The notes beneath the pieces were generated by a model that was given only the letters and a program-made list of their open reading frames with translations, searched no databases and had not been told where the DNA came from. Shown piece after piece: positions 59,743-64,000 of a stretch of 64,000 nucleotides of DNA. This DNA is from Bacilli bacterium (GTDB lineage: Bacteria; Bacillota_I; Bacilli_A; RF39; UBA660). The stretch covers positions 29,025 to 93,024 of the forward strand of contig JAFRAK010000041.1 in assembly GCA_017405445.1 (NCBI GenBank), in the 5' to 3' direction. The position numbers were made by a program, and so were the translations under genes. Every line of letters starts with the position of its first letter. Positions within the stretch are counted from its first letter, which is position 1.

Positions 59743-61140
59743 ATGAAGATTTATAATACATTAACAAAAAAGGTAGAAGAGTTTATTCCTTATGAAGAAG
59801 GAAAGGTTAAACTATATACTTGTGGACCTACTGTTTATCACTATGCTCATATTGGAAATATTCGTAATTATATAGGACATGATATTTTAGATAAGACATT
59901 AAGATATTTAGGATATGATGTTACTCGTGCGATGAATATTACTGATGTTGGACATTTAACTAGTGATAGTGATTCTGGTGAAGACAAGATGGAAGTTGCG
60001 AAGAAAAGAGAACATAAGAGTGCTATGGAGATTGCTAAGTTTTATACAGATGCATTCTTTGTTGATTTTAAGAAAGTAAACTGTAAGGTTCCTGAAATTG
60101 TTAGCCCTGCTACTGAGAATATTCCAGAATATATTAAAATCATTACTAAGTTACTAGAAGATGATTATGCTTATATATCAGGAGGAAATATTTATTTTGA
60201 TATTTCTAAGTTAGATAATTATTATTGTTTGACAAATCAAGATAGTAATTTAGTTGTAGGAGCTAGAGAATCAGTTGATGAAGATTCTAATAAACGTAAT
60301 CAAGCAGATTTTGCTTTATGGTTTACTACAAGTAAATTTGAAAATCATGAGTTATTATGGGATTCTCCATGGGGTAAAGGATATCCAGGATGGCATATTG
60401 AATGTTCTGGTATTTCTATGAAATATTTAGGAGAACACTTAGATATTCATGGTGGTGGAGTAGATAATATATTTCCACATCATACAAATGAGATTGCTCA
60501 AAGTGAAGCATATCTAGGACATAAATGGTGTAATTATTGGTTTCATAATGAGCATTTATTAGATGAGACAGGTAAAATGAGTAAGTCTAAAGGTCAGATT
60601 TTAACTGTATCTGTTTTAGAAGAAGAAGGCTATGATCCAATTGCTTTTCGTTTTATGTGTTTAGGTTCTCATTATAGAAAACAATTATTATTTACTTACG
60701 ATAATTTAAAACAAGCTCAAAATACTTTAAATAAATTAAAGAAAAAGATTAATTCTTTAAGTACTGATGGAGAAGTTGATTCTAAAGTATTTGATGAATA
60801 TAAAGCTAAGTTTGTTGAAGCTTTAGAAAATGATTTAAATACTTCTAATGCTTTAGCGGTACTATATGAGTTATTAAAAGATGATAGTGTTAATGATGCG
60901 ACTAAGAGAAGTTTAGTTTCTTCCTTTGATGAAGTTTTATCTTTAGACTTATTTATGGAGAAGGATGAAGTGGATTCTGATTTAGATAAAGAAGTTATGG
61001 CTTTAATAGAAGAAAGAAAAGAAGCTAAAAAGAATAAAGATTTTGGTAAAGCTGATCAAATTCGTGATGATTTATTAAAACGAGGAATTCGTTTAATTGA
61101 TACTCGTGAGGGTACTACTTATGAAATTATAAAAGATTAG
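59743..61140 (+). CDS. cysS: Cysteine--tRNA ligase
   Basis: YTCGPTVY..HIGN, DFALW, PGWHIECS, FPHHTNE, KMSKS. Confidence 0.98.
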   Translation: MKIYNTLTKKVEEFIPYEEGKVKLYTCGPTVYHYAHIGNIRNYIGHDILDKTLRYLGYDVTRAMNITDVGHLTSDSDSGEDKMEVAKKREHKSAMEIAKFYTDAFFVDFKKVNCKVPEIVSPATENIPEYIKIITKLLEDDYAYISGGNIYFDISKLDNYYCLTNQDSNLVVGARESVDEDSNKRNQADFALWFTTSKFENHELLWDSPWGKGYPGWHIECSGISMKYLGEHLDIHGGGVDNIFPHHTNEIAQSEAYLGHKWCNYWFHNEHLLDETGKMSKSKGQILTVSVLEEEGYDPIAFRFMCLGSHYRKQLLFTYDNLKQAQNTLNKLKKKINSLSTDGEVDSKVFDEYKAKFVEALENDLNTSNALAVLYELLKDDSVNDATKRSLVSSFDEVLSLDLFMEKDEVDSDLDKEVMALIEERKEAKKNKDFGKADQIRDDLLKRGIRLIDTREGTTYEIIKD

Positions 61141-61170
61141 TTTTCTAATCTTTTTTGGTAGGTGATTAAG

Positions 61171-61545
61171 ATGAATGTAATGGAAATTAATGTATTAGTG
61201 TTAGCGTTTTTAGGAGACGCGGTTTATGAGAAAATCGTAAGAAGATATTTAATAGAACAAGGTATTGGAAATGTAAATGATCTCCAAAAGAGAACTATAG
61301 ACTATGTAAGCGCTCCTAATCAAGCTAAGTATCTAAAAGAGTTACTTGAGAAGGATATGTTATTAGATGAAGAAAAAGATGTTGTGTTAAGAGCTAGAAA
61401 TTATAAGACTACTTCTCATCCTAAAAGCTGTGATATTATAACTTATAAATATGCTACTGGACTAGAAGCTTTAATTGGATATTTAGATTATTTAGGTAAG
61501 AGGGAAAGGATTCATGAAATTATGAATTTCATATTAGGTGATTAA
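61171..61545 (+). CDS. mrnC: Mini-ribonuclease III
   Basis: LAFLGDAVYE, RARN, YKYATGLEALIGYL. Confidence 0.95.
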   Translation: MNVMEINVLVLAFLGDAVYEKIVRRYLIEQGIGNVNDLQKRTIDYVSAPNQAKYLKELLEKDMLLDEEKDVVLRARNYKTTSHPKSCDIITYKYATGLEALIGYLDYLGKRERIHEIMNFILGD

Positions 61546-61546
61546 A

Positions 61547-62245
61547 ATGTTTGTATGTGGAAGAAATGTTTGTGAAGATATGTTAAAAAATCATCAAAAG
61601 ATTAATAATGCTATTTTACAAGATGGATTTAGTGATAAAATGCTAATTTCTTCTTTAGAAAATGCTAAAATACCTATTGAATATCGTTCAAAAAAGGAAA
61701 TGGATCATTTGGATATTGGAAATCATCAAGGTATAATACTATCTATTCCGGAATTTCAGTATGATAATATGGACATTCTTTCTAAAGAATCAAGTGAGGT
61801 AATACTAGTACTTGATCATATCGAAGATCCTCATAACTTTGGAGCAATTATGCGTACTTGTGAAGCTGCTGGAATTAATACAATTATTATTCCACAAGAT
61901 AGACAAGTACCTGTTAATGCTACTGTTGTGAAAACTAGTTGCGGTACTGCTTTTTCTCTTCATATTATTAAAGTTGTTAATATTGCTTCTTCTATAGAAC
62001 AATTAAAAAAAGAAGGATATTGGATTGTTGGTACTGCGTTAGAAAATAGTGTTGATTATCGAGAGATAGACTATTCTGGTAAAATTGCATTGGTTGTTGG
62101 TAACGAAGGTAATGGAATGAGTGATTTAGTTTCTAAAAAGTGTGACTTTATCGCAAAAATACCAATGTATGGCACGACAAATAGTTTGAATGTTAGTGTT
62201 GCGACTGGAATTATGATTTATGAAATTATACGGAATAGAAAGTAG
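61547..62245 (+). CDS. rlmB: 23S rRNA G2251 2'-O-methyltransferase
   Basis: HQG, DPHNFGAIMRT, GNEGNG, IPM..SLNVSVA. Confidence 0.95.
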   Translation: MFVCGRNVCEDMLKNHQKINNAILQDGFSDKMLISSLENAKIPIEYRSKKEMDHLDIGNHQGIILSIPEFQYDNMDILSKESSEVILVLDHIEDPHNFGAIMRTCEAAGINTIIIPQDRQVPVNATVVKTSCGTAFSLHIIKVVNIASSIEQLKKEGYWIVGTALENSVDYREIDYSGKIALVVGNEGNGMSDLVSKKCDFIAKIPMYGTTNSLNVSVATGIMIYEIIRNRK

Positions 62246-62250
62246 GTATA

Positions 62251-62832
62251 ATGAGTTATAAAAAATATAATGATTATGAATTAATCTCTATGATTAGAGA
62301 AAATGATGAGGATTCTTATAATCTTTTGTTTCAAAAGTATTCTCCCATTATTAGAAAAATTGCATTTGATTATTATCGTTCCTATTCTTCTTATGGTTAT
62401 GATTTAGATGATTTTATCCAAGAAGGATATGTTGCTTTTCAAAAATCTTTGAATAAGTATAATGAGAAAAAAGATGTTTTGTTTTATACTTTTGTTGTAC
62501 TTTGTATTCATCGTAATTTGATTAGTTTTTGTAATTGTATTTCTAATGATAAAAAAAATATTAGTGATTATTATTTGGTATCATTAGATGATATTATTCT
62601 TCGATGTGATGATAATAGTTGTACTTATTTAGATAGGATGGAAAACTACAAGATTATTTGGGATTTTGTTTATCATTATTCATTAGAAGAGACTTGTGTT
62701 TTTGAATTACGATGGAATCAATTTAGTTTTAAGGAGATTAGCATTCTACTAGATATTCCAATTAGAAGATGTCATGGTATTTTTCATAAGATACTTAATA
62801 ATCTACGTAAAGAAATACAAGAAGTACTCTAA
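62251..62832 (+). CDS. sigH: SigH-like alternative sigma factor
   Basis: DYELI, DDFIQEG, FYTF..CI.R region 2 and a region-4 HTH; position between rlmB and secE. Confidence 0.8.
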   Translation: MSYKKYNDYELISMIRENDEDSYNLLFQKYSPIIRKIAFDYYRSYSSYGYDLDDFIQEGYVAFQKSLNKYNEKKDVLFYTFVVLCIHRNLISFCNCISNDKKNISDYYLVSLDDIILRCDDNSCTYLDRMENYKIIWDFVYHYSLEETCVFELRWNQFSFKEISILLDIPIRRCHGIFHKILNNLRKEIQEVL

Positions 62833-62861
62833 AAAAGACTATTTGAATTGTCTTTTTTTTT
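62832..62861 (+). terminator. Intrinsic terminator after sigH
   Basis: AAAAGAC/GTCTTTT stem plus T-run. Confidence 0.65.
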
Positions 62862-62894
62862 GTTTTGATTTAAAATATTATTAGAATAGGGTGA

Positions 62895-63551
62895 ATGTTT
62901 ATGGATAATAAATGTACATTATTGGAATATATTGTAGAACATCCTTCTACTGATGAAATGAGAGAAGTATTCTTGTATATGGATGTTGCTTTAAAATATA
63001 TTCATGATCATAATTATTGCATAGAAGTATTTCATCCTAGTACTATATATGTTCTTGATGATAAACCAAATTATGTTGAGTTTTCTTCTATCATGGAGTT
63101 GCCTAAAGATTCTTTAAAGAGTCAAGCATATATACAAAAAGATATTTTTAATTCTTCTTTTATACAAATTGCTTTATATACTAGAATTGGAGATTATTTA
63201 AAACCAGAGTTTTTATTGGAGCATTTTGATGAAATAGCGACGTTTTTACCAGAAGGTGATGTTCCATATTATCGTGGAGTTATTCAAAGAAATGCTAATG
63301 TTTATTTATCAGAATATACTGCAGAAAAGACAAATAGAGATTTAAAACAATTAAGTCAGGAATTAAATGATAAAAGTATTGAAGAATATAAAGATGAAGT
63401 AGATGTTCTTTCTAACGATCAAGTAAATGATAAGATTTATAGGCAAATTAATGCGGATAAAGCATTTATTAGTTTTCTATTAATACCAGTTATTTTACTA
63501 TTAGGCGGAATTTTATTTACAATATTACGTTATCTTTCAATAATTCAATAA
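62895..63551 (+). CDS. Hypothetical protein with degenerate kinase-like segment and C-terminal TM anchor
   Basis: ALKYIHDHNYCIEVFHPSTIYV resembles the kinase alphaE-catalytic loop spacing; hydrophobic C-terminus. Confidence 0.6.
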   Translation: MFMDNKCTLLEYIVEHPSTDEMREVFLYMDVALKYIHDHNYCIEVFHPSTIYVLDDKPNYVEFSSIMELPKDSLKSQAYIQKDIFNSSFIQIALYTRIGDYLKPEFLLEHFDEIATFLPEGDVPYYRGVIQRNANVYLSEYTAEKTNRDLKQLSQELNDKSIEEYKDEVDVLSNDQVNDKIYRQINADKAFISFLLIPVILLLGGILFTILRYLSIIQ

Positions 63552-63557
63552 GATTTG

Positions 63558-63586
63558 TTGACATTTTCTAAGGTTTATGCTATTTT
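63558..63586 (+). promoter_or_regulatory. SigA-type promoter for secE-nusG
   Basis: TTGACA-17 nt-TATTTT with TG extended -10. Confidence 0.7.
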
Positions 63587-63639
63587 ATTGGTGTAAGCAC
63601 TCGAAAGTGTTTTTATTTTGATAGAAAATAGGTGATTAT

Positions 63640-63957
63640 ATGGCTGAAGTTCAAAAGAAAAAAGTAGAAGATAAATATAATACTTCTAGTATTAAGAAAA
63701 AGGAAGAAAAGACTGTAAAGAAAGTAAAAAAGAATGTTTCTGAAAAGAAAGAAGAAAAAGTTGGAAAGAAGAATATTTTTGTACGTTTTCGTATCTTTTG
63801 TAATGGAGTTAAAAATGAATTTAAGAAAGTTCATTGGACTTCAAAAGAAGATATGGTTAAGTATTCTATTTCTACCATTCTATTTATTATTTTCTGTTCA
63901 TTATTCTTTTATCTAATTGATATTGTATTTGCTTTAATACGTTCTTTATTTGCATAG
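63640..63957 (+). CDS. secE: Preprotein translocase subunit SecE with Lys-rich N-terminal extension
   Basis: F..GVKNEFKKVHWT..single TM..ID; directly upstream of nusG. Confidence 0.93.
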   Translation: MAEVQKKKVEDKYNTSSIKKKEEKTVKKVKKNVSEKKEEKVGKKNIFVRFRIFCNGVKNEFKKVHWTSKEDMVKYSISTILFIIFCSLFFYLIDIVFALIRSLFA

Positions 63958-63969
63958 GAGGTTCTATTT

Positions 63970-64000
63970 ATGGAAAAACAATGGTATGTAGTTAATACTT
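63970..64000 (+). CDS. nusG: Transcription factor NusG, 5' end only
   Basis: SD GGAGG then MEKQWYVVNT; follows secE. Confidence 0.88.
   Translation, partial: MEKQWYVVNT

Noticed and set aside
2262-63916. Short antisense or overlapping ORFs in the track (e.g. 2262-2456, 5626-5841, 7788-8060, 9707-10024, 17048-17578, 41961-42350, 50414-50767, 51435-51677, 53809-54063, 63613-63834, 63734-63916)
   Set aside because: They overlap well-supported genes, mostly on the opposite strand, lack SD sites or motifs, and have the F/L/I/S-rich composition of shadow frames.
1-64000. DGR template repeat, reverse transcriptase, CRISPR array, rRNA, tRNA, IS or prophage genes
   Set aside because: None seen: no second copy of the VR, no RT-like ORF, no transposase or integrase motifs, and intergenic gaps are short and otherwise explained.

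Overview
Replication-origin region of a very AT-rich, genome-reduced member of the Bacilli. Standard code 11 is used (TGA is a stop). Gene content resembles RF39-like uncultured Bacilli, but that placement is inference. All genes left of ~20.8 kb are on the minus strand and all genes to the right are on the plus strand, with DnaA-box clusters flanking dnaA (oriC). Most of the window is Bacillus-like origin synteny: dnaB-rplI-DHH-rpsR-ssb-rpsF, ychF, parA/parB/noc, rsmG-mnmG-mnmE, jag-yidC-rnpA-rpmH | dnaA-dnaN-recF-gyrBA, ffs-tadA-dnaX-recR, holB-ricT-rsmI-pth-mfd, metG, rsmA, spoVG, divIC-tilS-ftsH, lysS, cysS-mrnC-rlmB-sigH-secE-nusG, plus sporulation and competence genes. The most notable signal is a secreted protein (5091-6461) with a SipW-type leader, a TasA/camelysin-like domain and a C-terminal DUF6273-like domain. 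Its last ~125 nt carry the compositional signature of a diversity-generating retroelement (DGR) variable repeat; no template repeat or reverse transcriptase lies in this window. A SipW peptidase locus with two related candidate fibre subunits lies at 44-46 kb. Other oddities: three parS sites interleaved with a perfect Noc-binding palindrome, a Noc-like protein lacking its membrane helix, FtsH fused to a Rho_N-like domain, a GdpP reduced to its catalytic half, comK between dnaN and recF, an ACG where the yabG start should be, and an atypical Met T-box. Family assignments are by motif recognition only; no searches were run.
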